Source: an uncultured Burkholderiales bacterium (lineage in GTDB: Bacteria; Pseudomonadota; Gammaproteobacteria; Burkholderiales; Usitatibacteraceae). From it: a stretch of DNA of 64,000 bases. The stretch is taken from contig CAMTWK010000026.1 in assembly GCA_947085425.1 (NCBI GenBank), forward strand, positions 6,507-70,506, read 5' to 3'. The notes beneath the pieces are model-generated. The model was not told where the DNA came from. It saw nothing but the letters and a program-made list of their open reading frames with translations, and did not search any database. A program made the position numbers and the translations under genes. This document shows positions 1 to 8,859 of the stretch, piece after piece (positions within the stretch are counted from its first letter, which is position 1; every line of letters begins with the position of its first letter).

Positions 1-653
1 GTTTCTATTTCTTCAAGCTCTTTATTGATGAAAATCCGAAGAGCTTGAAACGTGCGGGTTGCGGGGTTGAAGCCCGGCTCGCGCGTACGGACGGTCTCAC
101 CCACGAGTTTGGCAAGCTCGCCCGTCGTCCGTAAATTTCCGCCGCCCCTTGTCGCAACAATCTTTCTTGCAATCTGCCGAGCAAACCGTTCTTCACCATA
201 GCGCCAAATGACCTCTCCAATTGTTTGTTCATCTGCCGCAGCCAACCACTCGGCGACCGTCTTGCCCTGGCTTTGGTCCATTCGCATGTCCAACGGTGCA
301 TCAAACCGAAACGAAAACCCGCGCGCGCCGTCGTCAAGCTGCGGTGATGACACACCCAAATCCGCCAACACCCCGTCAACCTTTTCAACTCCAGCCTGTT
401 TCAGTACCGCCGTGAGATCACTCATTGTTGCGTGTATCAAAATAAATCTCGGATCATTGATATCGCATGCCGCGATGGCCGCCCGATCCCGATCAATGGC
501 AATTAGTTTTCCGCCCGCGCCGAGCTTTTCCAAAATGAGGCGCGAGTGTCCGCCACGCCCGAACGTGCAATCAACATAAACACCGTCCTCAAGAATGCGG
601 AGGGCTGACACCGCTTCATCAAGGAGGACGGTGGTGTGTGGTTCGCCATTCAT
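1..653 (-). CDS. rsmH: 16S rRNA (cytosine1402-N4)-methyltransferase RsmH, N-terminal ~217 aa; 3' end runs off the left window edge
   Basis: Absent from the ORF track because it is open to the edge. The reverse complement from ATG 653..651 reads [57 protein letters not shown], which carries the HxxVLLxE and DxTxGxGGHS signatures of RsmH/MraW. An AGGA RBS precedes it, and it starts 7 nt after the mraZ stop, as in dcw clusters. Confidence 0.9.
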   Translation of the reverse strand, partial: MNGEPHTTVLLDEAVSALRILEDGVYVDCTFGRGGHSRLILEKLGAGGKLIAIDRDRAAIAACDINDPRFILIHATMSDLTAVLKQAGVEKVDGVLADLGVSSPQLDDGARGFSFRFDAPLDMRMDQSQGKTVAEWLAAADEQTIGEVIWRYGEERFARQIARKIVATRGGGNLRTTGELAKLVGETVRTREPGFNPATRTFQALRIFINKELEEIE

Positions 654-660
654 CTGTCCT

Positions 661-1104
661 CTAGAGGGAGAAATCTTCGGTGCCGGGGGGAAGTCCCGCC
701 GACCCTGAAGTGAATGCCGACAGCTGTTCGTTCCAAGCTGTCAATGACCACAACTCAAAGTGTGACCCCTGCCCGACAAACATGATTTGTTTCTCGATGC
801 CTGCATACGCGCGCAATTCAGGCGACACCAGGATGCGTCCGGCCGCATCGAGCACCAACTCCTCGGCGAAACCGATCAACATGCGTTTCCAAACGGAGGC
901 GGTGGCATTCATTGCCGGAAATTTCATGACGCGGTCACGAATCGGCTCCCAAACTGCTTGCGGGTAAAGCAACAAACACTTGTCCGGGTGGGCGGTCAAC
1001 ACCAGCTTGCCGCCCGATGGCGCGGAGAGTCCGTCGCGATGTTTGACCGGCACGCCGAGGCGCCCCTTCACATCCAGATTAATTTGCGACGCACCTTGAA
1101 ACAC
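661..1104 (-). CDS. mraZ: Division/cell-wall cluster transcriptional regulator MraZ
   Basis: Lies in ORF 661..1215(-). The product contains [16 protein letters not shown] and [16 protein letters not shown] (two MraZ-type repeats). The family-typical N-terminus (V)[15 protein letters not shown] fits a GTG at 1104 (147 aa); an ATG at 1146 is the alternative start. Confidence 0.9.
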   Translation of the reverse strand: MFQGASQINLDVKGRLGVPVKHRDGLSAPSGGKLVLTAHPDKCLLLYPQAVWEPIRDRVMKFPAMNATASVWKRMLIGFAEELVLDAAGRILVSPELRAYAGIEKQIMFVGQGSHFELWSLTAWNEQLSAFTSGSAGLPPGTEDFSL

Positions 1105-1190
1105 GTTGCCCCCAATTATTAAAATTCTTTTGCCCGCCGAAATCATTGCGCTCGGTAAAATCCGCCCAAAGCAATAAAACAAGCGGTTTT

Positions 1191-1215
1191 TTCCAAAAAA
1201 CCCACTTTTCACCAC
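1191..1215 (-). promoter_or_regulatory. Putative MraZ operator (three direct pentamer boxes on a 10-bp phase)
   Basis: The minus strand reads GTGGT-gaaaa-GTGGG-ttttt-TGGAA, 87-111 nt upstream of the GTG start. The layout matches the three TGGGN repeats with 5-nt spacers described for the E. coli mraZ promoter. Confidence 0.5.
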
Positions 1216-1232
1216 TTGTGGACACTATAGGT

Positions 1233-1261
1233 AATAAAAAACCCGCGGTCAAGCGGGTTTT
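1233..1261 (-). terminator. Rho-independent terminator-like hairpin upstream of the mraZ control region
   Basis: The stem is AAACCCGC / GCGGGTTT with loop ggtcaa. On the minus strand it is followed by TTTTTTATTAC; the plus-strand T-run is interrupted. Confidence 0.5.
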
Positions 1262-1626
1262 GAACATTTTTTCGTTACAGTTCAGGTACTTAGCGCACTT
1301 TGTTGAAGCAAAATACCCTGTGGAAAACTTTGTTGATAATTAATAAGATAGCCTTCAAACCTAAAGTAACTTCGCAGGATTAGTGCTTAAAAATCAGGCG
1401 TTTACTGTAAATATATACAGAAAAATGCTTTTTTACTGCACACCGTGTCGTCGCCACGTGCCGACACATTCAAAAAAAATAAAGTCGAACAACCACGCCA
1501 CTCTTCTGGCAAAACTGTTTGCGAAAGCGCGCCAAACCTATTGTTTAACTGATTTGCCGATCACCCCTCATCAGCAGGCGCTCGAATTGATATTGACCAA
1601 TTCAGGCGGCGGCACTTTTAAAACTG

Positions 1627-1731
1627 ATGGACATCAATTTTTCATGGCGATTCGTCGCGCTGCTCGCGCTGGCATTTTTTGCCGGTCTGGTGGACTCTGT
1701 CATCGGTGCTGGCAGGGACCGATGGCAATGA
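1627..1731 (+). pseudogene. 5' fragment (34 codons) of a TauE/SafE (DUF81) family membrane-transporter gene
   Basis: ATG 1627 gives MDINFSWRFVALLALAFFAGLVDSVIGAGRDRWQ*. FFAGLVDSVIGAG matches the conserved first-helix motif FxAGxVDxxAGGGG of TauE/YfcA proteins. The reading frame ends 2 nt before the convergent kinase gene, and the rest of the gene is absent. Confidence 0.45.
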
Positions 1732-1732
1732 A

Positions 1733-3487
1733 TCAGCTGGTCACCACACTAACAGCGACCGGCAGAGTCACGGTAAATTTCACCCCCGACCGATCGGGTA
1801 AATTTTCAGCCGAAATCGTGCCGTGATGAAATTCGGCAATCAGTCTGGCAATGTAAAGCCCCAACCCCAGGTGCGACTGATCACTCTTGCCGACCCGCTT
1901 GGAGACCATCGAATCAAACAATAAAGCCAATTCGGCGCCACTATCCGGCAGCAATGGCCCGCTGTTTTCGACGGTGATACAAACCGACAATTCTGACGCG
2001 CGGAAAATTCGCACTACCACCGGCGAATCTGCATTCGCAAAATCGATGGCATTTTGAACCAACTTATCGAGCATTTGCGCCACCGCATCCGCAGCCGCAT
2101 CAACCTCGATGCGGTCCGCATCCGCCGTGAAAATAAACCGGCTGCCGACAAATGTTTGTTGATAACCGGCGACACAACCGGCAACCAAACCGACCAGATC
2201 GATCGGCTCGCGTGCCGCACCCTGCAACATACGTTCCAACTGCGTTGCCTCCGACATGCGCGCAATCAGTGTCGCCAGTCTCGCCACACCCTCGTCGGCG
2301 CGCGCGAGAAAAACGGCGTCGTTTGGCGACATTACCGATGCCCGCAGATTGTCGAGCGACGACCGCACCACCGCCACCGGCGTGCGCAATTCGTGCGACA
2401 ACTGTGCGGCAAGCTGTTCAAGATAACTGTTGTAGCCTGCCTGTCGCGCCACCATCGTGCGCAGGGTTTCGTTGAGTGCGCCGATTTCATCGCGGTCGGT
2501 GGTGGCGTGAATTTCACCACGCACCCGCCCCTGGCTGTCGATGGCGCGATTCGCCTCGCGCTGCAATTTGGCCAGCCGCGCCGCCAGCCGGAACGCAAAG
2601 CCGAATAAAAATACAAACACCACCAGAAAAAGCACCAGCGTCATGATCACCAGCGACTCCGCCGCCCCTTTGGCCATATTGCGATAAGGCGCATCGGTTT
2701 CCTCGATGACCACGGCCGCGACAATATTGTCCTGTTGCCAAACCGGCGCGGCCGCAGATAACACGGCCACCTGATCCGGCAGCACATGCCACGCCACTGT
2801 TGTGGCGCCAATCGCCGCGCGTTGCGCTTGCGCCAACACCAGCAGTTTGGTATTTGAATCGGGGACGGTTTCCGATGCTGGCGGCAATAACATCGGCATC
2901 AAGGTACGGGTGATCGGATTGAGAATCGCCTGAATTGGCGGTGCAGATAACCAACGCGATTTATGCGTGCCGCCATCGGCATTTTTGGTTGCGGAAAAAT
3001 TGGACCATTTGTTTGATTTGGCCGACAACGACCCAGCCAACCCACGCACCCGACCGCGACCATCCACCACCCAAACGCGGCCGTCGTGCGCGCTGCTTTG
3101 ATTCAAAATCTTTTCGACTTGTTTGTCGGGTTGGTATATATCGCCCAGACTGGCCAGCAACGCCGGGTCGCTCGATGAAAAAAAAGCCACAATTCGTTCA
3201 CGCTCCATGGCCACCGTGTCAACCTGGTCGGCCTGGTCGGTCGGCGCTGCGCCGGCAATGCCACCCAAGTAGATTTCCGGTCGGTCGGACAATGAGGCAG
3301 CCACCAGTCGCGCAGCCGTCACGGCAACCTGTTCCTGTCCACTGCGTAAATAACCGACCATCTCGCGCACGAACATGACACCAACCAGTGGAATCAACAA
3401 CAACAGCAACGACGCGGCGACAAATTTGCCGCGTACACTCCGGCCAAATGCCACTTTTTTAATCAACGGGCGCACCCCATGCCACAA
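1733..3487 (-). CDS. Sensor histidine kinase (two TM segments, periplasmic sensing region, HAMP, HisKA, HATPase)
   Basis: 584-aa ORF. TM segments are FVAASLLLLLIPLVGVMFV and LVIMTLVLFLVVFVFLFGFAF. The H-box is LSHELRTPVAVV, with LVQNAIDF and GLGLYIARLIAE ATPase boxes. It starts 10 nt after the response-regulator stop. Confidence 0.9.
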   Translation of the reverse strand: MWHGVRPLIKKVAFGRSVRGKFVAASLLLLLIPLVGVMFVREMVGYLRSGQEQVAVTAARLVAASLSDRPEIYLGGIAGAAPTDQADQVDTVAMERERIVAFFSSSDPALLASLGDIYQPDKQVEKILNQSSAHDGRVWVVDGRGRVRGLAGSLSAKSNKWSNFSATKNADGGTHKSRWLSAPPIQAILNPITRTLMPMLLPPASETVPDSNTKLLVLAQAQRAAIGATTVAWHVLPDQVAVLSAAAPVWQQDNIVAAVVIEETDAPYRNMAKGAAESLVIMTLVLFLVVFVFLFGFAFRLAARLAKLQREANRAIDSQGRVRGEIHATTDRDEIGALNETLRTMVARQAGYNSYLEQLAAQLSHELRTPVAVVRSSLDNLRASVMSPNDAVFLARADEGVARLATLIARMSEATQLERMLQGAAREPIDLVGLVAGCVAGYQQTFVGSRFIFTADADRIEVDAAADAVAQMLDKLVQNAIDFANADSPVVVRIFRASELSVCITVENSGPLLPDSGAELALLFDSMVSKRVGKSDQSHLGLGLYIARLIAEFHHGTISAENLPDRSGVKFTVTLPVAVSVVTS

Positions 3488-3497
3488 TCAATCCGCT

Positions 3498-4187
3498 TCA
3501 TGCACGCCACCGGTAACCCATGCCATAAACCGTTTCAATTTGATCGAACGCGGCATCAACCGTTTCAAATTTTTTGCGGATGCGTTTCAGATGCGAGGTG
3601 ATGGTGTTGTCATCCACCGTCAATTCGGCTTCGCGCATCAGTTGGTCGCGGCTCTTCACATGGCCGACAAATTTCACCAGTGCATGAATCATCCAAAATT
3701 CCGTCACTGTCAAAGCCACCGGCTGGTTTTTCCAATTGACCAGTAGTCGATTGATATCCAGCACCATGTCCCCGCGGTGCAAAACATCTTCGGCACGGGA
3801 TGGAATTTTTTGTGCGTCCAGCCGACGAAACAATGCGGCGATACGCGCACTCAAATGCGGCATCGAAACATCCTTGGTCACATAATCGTCCGCACCCAGC
3901 CTTAAACCGGCAACAATGTCAAAGTCACTGTCACGTGCCGACAAAAAAATAATCGGCAGCGCCGCTGACATTCCGCGCAGTTCCCGACAAAGGGTAAATC
4001 CACCGTCAATTTCGTCACCGAGTCCGATATCGATCACCGCCAGATCCGGCAACTTTGTTTTAAACGCCTGCATGGCTTCCCGCCGATTGGCAAAACCGGC
4101 CACGTCATAACCCTGGCGTTTTAAGGCGTCGCTGTAATTCGCCCGAATAATCGCGTCGTCTTCAACAATCGCAATGTGTTTTTGCAT
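3498..4187 (-). CDS. OmpR-family response regulator (REC + winged helix)
   Basis: Lies in ORF 3498..4229(-). MQKHIAIVEDD (ATG 4187) is the family-typical N-terminus. The phospho-acceptor context is DLAVIDIGLGDEIDGGF, and the C-terminal trans_reg_C is TVTEFWMIHALV...VYGMGYRW. Confidence 0.9.
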   Translation of the reverse strand: MQKHIAIVEDDAIIRANYSDALKRQGYDVAGFANRREAMQAFKTKLPDLAVIDIGLGDEIDGGFTLCRELRGMSAALPIIFLSARDSDFDIVAGLRLGADDYVTKDVSMPHLSARIAALFRRLDAQKIPSRAEDVLHRGDMVLDINRLLVNWKNQPVALTVTEFWMIHALVKFVGHVKSRDQLMREAELTVDDNTITSHLKRIRKKFETVDAAFDQIETVYGMGYRWRA

Positions 4188-4404
4188 TTTTTGCCCGTGG
4201 CGCGGTTTGGTTGATCGTGTCCAAACCAATATACCGCAACCTCAAGTTCACCCGGCCGCACGCCACGCCGGCATCACAATCCCGCCACAATTCGCACCGG
4301 ATTGCGCCGCAATTCAACCCCAATGCCGCTCATATTCCAGCGCCCAATACCTATCAGCCACACGTAATCGTGCGTCTGGCCGGGCAAATTTTCGGGGGAA
4401 TGAT

Positions 4405-5463
4405 ATGTGGGCAAAATTCAAGAAACCCATCCTCACCAAAACATCTGCAAGTTTGCAGACCGAGGGAAAGCTGGATTTTTTTAAAATGGTCTGCGCCGCC
4501 ATGGCCGTTGGATTGGCGTTTAGTGTGGCTGCGGCGGTGGTCACGCTGCTGCTCGCCCAATCTGCGACAGCTAATGCGAACAATACCTTGTTCGCAGAGT
4601 CCACCAGTCAGCCTGGCACTGCCAATGATGCCGGTGACCGTCGGCACCTGGCAGCGGTCGCTGTTTCCGCCGACAGTGTGTCATCCGCATCCGCGCTGAA
4701 CAACCCCAACCCGGTAGTGAGGATTCATCAACCGGCACCGGGAAACCTGCTCATTTCTGACGGTTGTGGCGGCGAATTTATTGCCGCCACTGAGCGCGAT
4801 TTTCAAATCATCGTTAAAGACGGCGTGATCGATGTACAGGTCATGCAGACCTTTGTACTTCCCGGCACCGACGCCAACACGTTCATGGACGCAAGCTTCC
4901 ATGCCGTCCTGCCAAAAGATGCCTTGTATTCGAGCTTTCGTGTGGTCACAAGCAACCGTGATTTGATTGGTGAATACAACCAGCATGCCGATTTGAACGG
5001 TACCTATCACCCGGAAGATGCCGGCAAACTGCAAACACGCGGCGTGGTGCGCGTTTACGAATCCAGCCAACCGGTGGCGAGCAATACTTTTTCGTCCGAC
5101 CCGCTCCTTGATTTGGTTGAAGGTGAATCGATTATTGTCACCTACCGCTATCTCATGCCAATCAAGTCAATCGACGGCGTGAAACAAATTTCCATCGCCG
5201 TCACCGACCCCATTTACCCGCAGGACTTACAACAAGATACGCATTTTTTGCCGGCAACAAAAATCGACGGCCGGATCACTGCGACAGTATGGGTCGTTTG
5301 GCAGGGGTCATCCGCCAACAGCCGTGGTGCGGCTGCCTTTCCCAAAAAATTGCGCAGCGCGCCCACCAATTTGTTACTAGAACAGCAACGCGGCCGCATT
5401 ACCGGCGCCATCTGGCAGACAACCGACGTCCAACCGGGTGATCAATTCACACTGGCATGGTGA
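4405..5463 (+). CDS. Membrane-anchored or secreted protein with a VIT-like beta-sandwich region
   Basis: Lies in ORF 4174..5463. ATG 4405 follows a GGGGGA RBS. The N-terminus MWAKFKKPIL...FFKMVCAAMAVGLAFSVAAAVVTLLLAQSATANA is a signal or anchor. The central VIDVQVMQTFVLPGTDANTFMDASFHAVLPKDALYSSFRVVTSNRDLIGEY follows the VIT-domain pattern (x-F-x-N...y-F-P-L-P..aav..f...i.G). No vWA domain or sorting signal was seen. Confidence 0.6.
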   Translation: MWAKFKKPILTKTSASLQTEGKLDFFKMVCAAMAVGLAFSVAAAVVTLLLAQSATANANNTLFAESTSQPGTANDAGDRRHLAAVAVSADSVSSASALNNPNPVVRIHQPAPGNLLISDGCGGEFIAATERDFQIIVKDGVIDVQVMQTFVLPGTDANTFMDASFHAVLPKDALYSSFRVVTSNRDLIGEYNQHADLNGTYHPEDAGKLQTRGVVRVYESSQPVASNTFSSDPLLDLVEGESIIVTYRYLMPIKSIDGVKQISIAVTDPIYPQDLQQDTHFLPATKIDGRITATVWVVWQGSSANSRGAAAFPKKLRSAPTNLLLEQQRGRITGAIWQTTDVQPGDQFTLAW

Positions 5464-5804
5464 CCACTAATTTCGCCGGCACAACTTGATACAAATCAAA
5501 CCCTGGAGCCGGCCGCCTGACCGCAATTGGTCCGTATGATTTGTTTAATACGACCAGGCAGACAGGCGGCCTCTGGGCCAGCAGCAAAAATTGCCGCTTT
5601 GGTAATTGACCAACTATTTATTTAGACGATTGTTTGTTGGCAAACGCCTGAGATGCCGCTCCAATCAACGACCTTGCAGCTGCAACAATACGCGCCGTTT
5701 TTTCCATCGACATTTTCACTATCTTCATGCATTCCATTGCCGTAAAATCAGGTTTTGGGAGCACCGTTAATAAATAAGAAATTTGGAATCTACCTGGAGG
5801 AAAT

Positions 5805-6779
5805 ATGCCTTTGAAAAAAATTATCACATCCGTTGCCGCTTTGACATTCAGCTTGGCTACCGCCATCGCGCACGCCTACCCTGACAAACCTGTCACCATC
5901 ATTGTGCCCTTTGCCGCTGGCGGACCAACCGATACCGTCGCCCGGTCTGTCGGACAAGTCATGTCAAAGTCACTTGGCCAGCCGGTACTGATTGAAAACG
6001 TTGCCGGTGCCGGTGGCACCATCGGTGTTGGCCGTGGCGTTGCTGCCGCTGCCGACGGTTACACCCTGGTATTGATGCACATCGGCATTTCCACCGCCCC
6101 GTCGCTTTACCGCACATTGAAGTACGACGTCACCAAAGATTTGGAGCCAATCGGTTTGATCACCGATGTGCCAATGACCATGATTGGCAACAAGGATTTC
6201 CCACCGAATGATTTGAAGGAATTGCTGGCCTACGTGAAAGCCAACAAAGCCAAAGTGTCCTACGCCAATGCAGGCATCGGTTCCGCGTCACACTTGTGTG
6301 GCATGTTGTTCATGTCCGCCATTGATACCGACATTTTGACTGTTCCGTATAAAGGTACGGCGCCGGCAATGACCGATCTGCTCGGTGGCCAGGTGAACTT
6401 CATGTGTGATCAAACCACCAACACCACTTCGCAGATCAAAGGCGAAAAGGTCAAGGCTTATGCGGTGACATCAAAAACACGCGTTGCATCATTGGCCAAT
6501 GTGCCAACCATGGATGAAGCCGGTTTGAAAGGCTTCAGCGTAGGTGTTTGGCATGGTTTGTGGGCACCAAAAGCAACCCCTAAGGCGGTGATTGACCGCG
6601 TCAACAAGGCCATGCAGGACGCCCTGAAAGACAAGGATGTGATCGAGCGTTTTGCCAGCCTGGGTACCATGCCAGAACCATTGGCCCGCCAGACACCCGA
6701 CGCACTACGTGCACACGTGGTGGCTGAAATTGCCAAATGGGCACCAATTATCAAAAAAGCCGGCGTTTATGCGGACTAA
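5805..6779 (+). CDS. Bug-family (TctC-like) tripartite tricarboxylate transporter substrate-binding protein
   Basis: 324 aa with a signal peptide ...ATAIAHA, then YPDKPVTIIVPFAAGGPTDTVAR, the hallmark start of Bug/TctC receptors. It is an orphan: no tctAB genes are adjacent. Confidence 0.85.
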   Translation: MPLKKIITSVAALTFSLATAIAHAYPDKPVTIIVPFAAGGPTDTVARSVGQVMSKSLGQPVLIENVAGAGGTIGVGRGVAAAADGYTLVLMHIGISTAPSLYRTLKYDVTKDLEPIGLITDVPMTMIGNKDFPPNDLKELLAYVKANKAKVSYANAGIGSASHLCGMLFMSAIDTDILTVPYKGTAPAMTDLLGGQVNFMCDQTTNTTSQIKGEKVKAYAVTSKTRVASLANVPTMDEAGLKGFSVGVWHGLWAPKATPKAVIDRVNKAMQDALKDKDVIERFASLGTMPEPLARQTPDALRAHVVAEIAKWAPIIKKAGVYAD

Positions 6780-6811
6780 TCGCCGACTGATTCGATAACA
6801 AGTCAGCTTCA

Positions 6812-6843
6812 AAAAAACGCCCCGTTCCCGGGGCGTTTTTATT
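6812..6843 (+). terminator. Rho-independent terminator after the Bug-family gene
   Basis: ACGCCCCG-ttcc-CGGGGCGT stem followed by TTTTTATT, about 35 nt after the stop. Confidence 0.8.
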
Positions 6844-6886
6844 GGTGGCCCGGCACGCCAACAAGCACGCGGGTTAAACTTGGCGG

Positions 6887-7768
6887 ATGCGAAAAAAGCC
6901 CGCCACCAAATTTTCCCAAAATACCATCGCCATTGTCTACGACTTTGACGGCACACTGTCGCCGCAACCCATGCAGGAGTACACCGTACTACCAAAAATT
7001 GGCGTGGCACCCAAAGAGTTTTGGACGCAGGTTCATAAAGAAGCGCAGGAGACCGGCTCGGATCCGATGCTCACCTACATGCGCCTGATGATGGAAAAAC
7101 TTTACAAACACGATGACGTGCGCGTCACCCGTGAAGACTTTGCGCTGATGGCCAATCAAATCAAATACTTTCCCGGCGTTGAAAGTTGGTTTCCACGTAT
7201 TGATGCCTACATTAATAAGCGTAGCGGCGGACGCGTCAATGTCCAGCATTACATCATTTCGGCCGGCCAAAAAGAGATACTTGAAGGCATCTCCATCCAC
7301 AAACACTTCAAACAAATTTACGCCTCTGAATACCACTTTAATCAATACGGCATTGCCACCTTTCCAAAACTATTGATTACCGACACTTCAAAAACACAGT
7401 TCCTGTTTCGCATCAACAAGGGCAAGGAGGCGTTGTCAGAATCGATCAACGAGCACATGCCGGAGCACAAACGACCGATTCCGTTTGCCAACATGATCTA
7501 TTTGGGCGATGGCATGACCGATGTACCGTCCATGGCGCTGGCCAAAAAAAGTGGCGGCCATGCCGTCGCCGTCTATAACCCAAAGGTGGCAAAGACCAAA
7601 GTCACCTGCATGGGCCTGTTGGAGGCCGGCCGGGTGGACTTTATTGCACCGGCCGATTATCGCGCCAGCAGCAAACTGTCATCACGCGTGACATTGCTGC
7701 TCGACTCGGTGATTGCCGGAATTGCCTACGCTGAAGAGGTCGCCGTTTGCAAATCGGAACAAGCGTGA
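6887..7768 (+). CDS. HAD-superfamily hydrolase-like protein
   Basis: 293 aa with HAD motif I IVYDFDGTL, motif II-like ISAGQ and motif IV YLGDGMTDVPS. Confidence 0.7.
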   Translation: MRKKPATKFSQNTIAIVYDFDGTLSPQPMQEYTVLPKIGVAPKEFWTQVHKEAQETGSDPMLTYMRLMMEKLYKHDDVRVTREDFALMANQIKYFPGVESWFPRIDAYINKRSGGRVNVQHYIISAGQKEILEGISIHKHFKQIYASEYHFNQYGIATFPKLLITDTSKTQFLFRINKGKEALSESINEHMPEHKRPIPFANMIYLGDGMTDVPSMALAKKSGGHAVAVYNPKVAKTKVTCMGLLEAGRVDFIAPADYRASSKLSSRVTLLLDSVIAGIAYAEEVAVCKSEQA

Positions 7769-7851
7769 ACAGGGCGAACCACCCCTCAACCACTACAACA
7801 CCGACCAAAGACGTGCCGTCCGTCGACGACAAATCACCGACAAAGCCGCCC

Positions 7852-8859
7852 ATGCGGCGTTTGACCTTTGCTTGTTTGCGCGAACTGTCCGCCAACCATT
7901 TCACATCGGGCGCCGACCTCGCCAAAAAATTTGCGATTTCCCGCAGCGCTGTTTCAGATGCGCTAAAAGTCGCCGACCAACTTGGTGTGACGGTATTTTC
8001 CTTAACCCGTCGTGGTTATCGGCTTGGCACGCCAATCGATTTTCTTGACCTTGACCCGATCCGCACCCAATTGCGCGCACAATCCAAACGCATCAATTTG
8101 TCGATCGTCGATTCAATTGATTCGACCAACAGCGCAGTCATGCTACAGGCGGCATTAAACGCGCCAACCGGCACCTGCCTGGCGGCCGAAATGCAAACTG
8201 CCGGACGCGGCCGCCGCGGGCGCAGCTGGCAATCCGGCCTGGGCATGTCGCTGACATTTTCGTTGTTATGGCGCTTTGACAAAGGTGCCGCCGCCTTGGG
8301 CGGTTTGTCACTTGCCGTCGGTCTTGCCGTTGCCAACGCCCTGCGTGAACTCGGTGTTCCCGCCGAGTTAAAATGGCCCAACGATATTTTGGTGGACGAT
8401 AAAAAATTAGGCGGCATCCTCATAGAAACCCAGGGCGACATGCTCGGACCCACTGCCGCCGTGATTGGCATCGGCCTGAATTTCAGATTGTCTGATTCGC
8501 TGCGCGCGGAAATCGACCAATCGGTCACATGTATTGTCGAGGCACTCACTGACAATGGCATGCAAAAATTTGTCATGACACGCAACGACCTGTTGGGCGC
8601 GATATTGCGGCACCTGGTCGGCATTCTCGATCAGTTCGCGGAAACCGGATTTGCGCCAATGCGCGACCCCTGGCGTGCTCTTCATGCCTTTGAGGGTCGT
8701 ATGGTTGACGTGATCGGTCCGGCAGGAAGTTATGCCGCCAAAGTGGTGGATGTTGCGCCGGACGGCACCTTGCTGGTGGATCGCGGCACGGGACGCGAAC
8801 CCATTACCGCCGCCGAATTGTCATTGCGCATAACCACCAAATCGGCAGTCCGGATATGA
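7852..8859 (+). CDS. birA: Bifunctional biotin-[acetyl-CoA-carboxylase] ligase / biotin operon repressor BirA
   Basis: Lies in ORF 7747..8859. ATG 7852 (MRRLTFACLRELS) gives 335 aa. The N-terminal HTH is SGADLAKKFAISRSAVSDALK and the ligase motif is GRGRRGRSWQS, with KWPNDILVDDKKLGGIL. The stop overlaps the coaX start (ATGA). Confidence 0.9.
   Translation: MRRLTFACLRELSANHFTSGADLAKKFAISRSAVSDALKVADQLGVTVFSLTRRGYRLGTPIDFLDLDPIRTQLRAQSKRINLSIVDSIDSTNSAVMLQAALNAPTGTCLAAEMQTAGRGRRGRSWQSGLGMSLTFSLLWRFDKGAAALGGLSLAVGLAVANALRELGVPAELKWPNDILVDDKKLGGILIETQGDMLGPTAAVIGIGLNFRLSDSLRAEIDQSVTCIVEALTDNGMQKFVMTRNDLLGAILRHLVGILDQFAETGFAPMRDPWRALHAFEGRMVDVIGPAGSYAAKVVDVAPDGTLLVDRGTGREPITAAELSLRITTKSAVRI

Noticed and set aside
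5-579. ORF-track entries 5..388(-), 208..579(+) and 221..415(+) at the left edge
   Set aside because: Their translations are Arg/Trp/Cys-rich with no motifs. The third minus-strand frame (open to the edge, hence unlisted) encodes an unmistakable RsmH N-terminus.
1383-1826. 147-aa plus-strand ORF in the mraZ/kinase spacer
   Set aside because: It has no RBS and an odd composition. It runs antisense into the kinase 3' end. The only protein-like stretch in the area is the short TauE-type fragment in another frame.
5505-5610. Nested inverted repeats (GGCCGCCTG...CAGGCGGCC enclosing two small hairpins) downstream of the VIT-like gene
   Set aside because: It could be a structured terminator or a REP-like element. 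However, the stems are short and imperfect, and I cannot distinguish them from chance in GC-rich DNA without genome-wide counts.
5618-5866. 82-aa minus-strand ORF overlapping the Bug-family gene start; possible 31-aa peptide MSMEKTARIVAAARSLIGAASQAFANKQSSK
   Set aside because: The long form overlaps the tctC-like signal-peptide region antisense. The short form has no clear RBS or recognisable family. It is not supportable from sequence alone.
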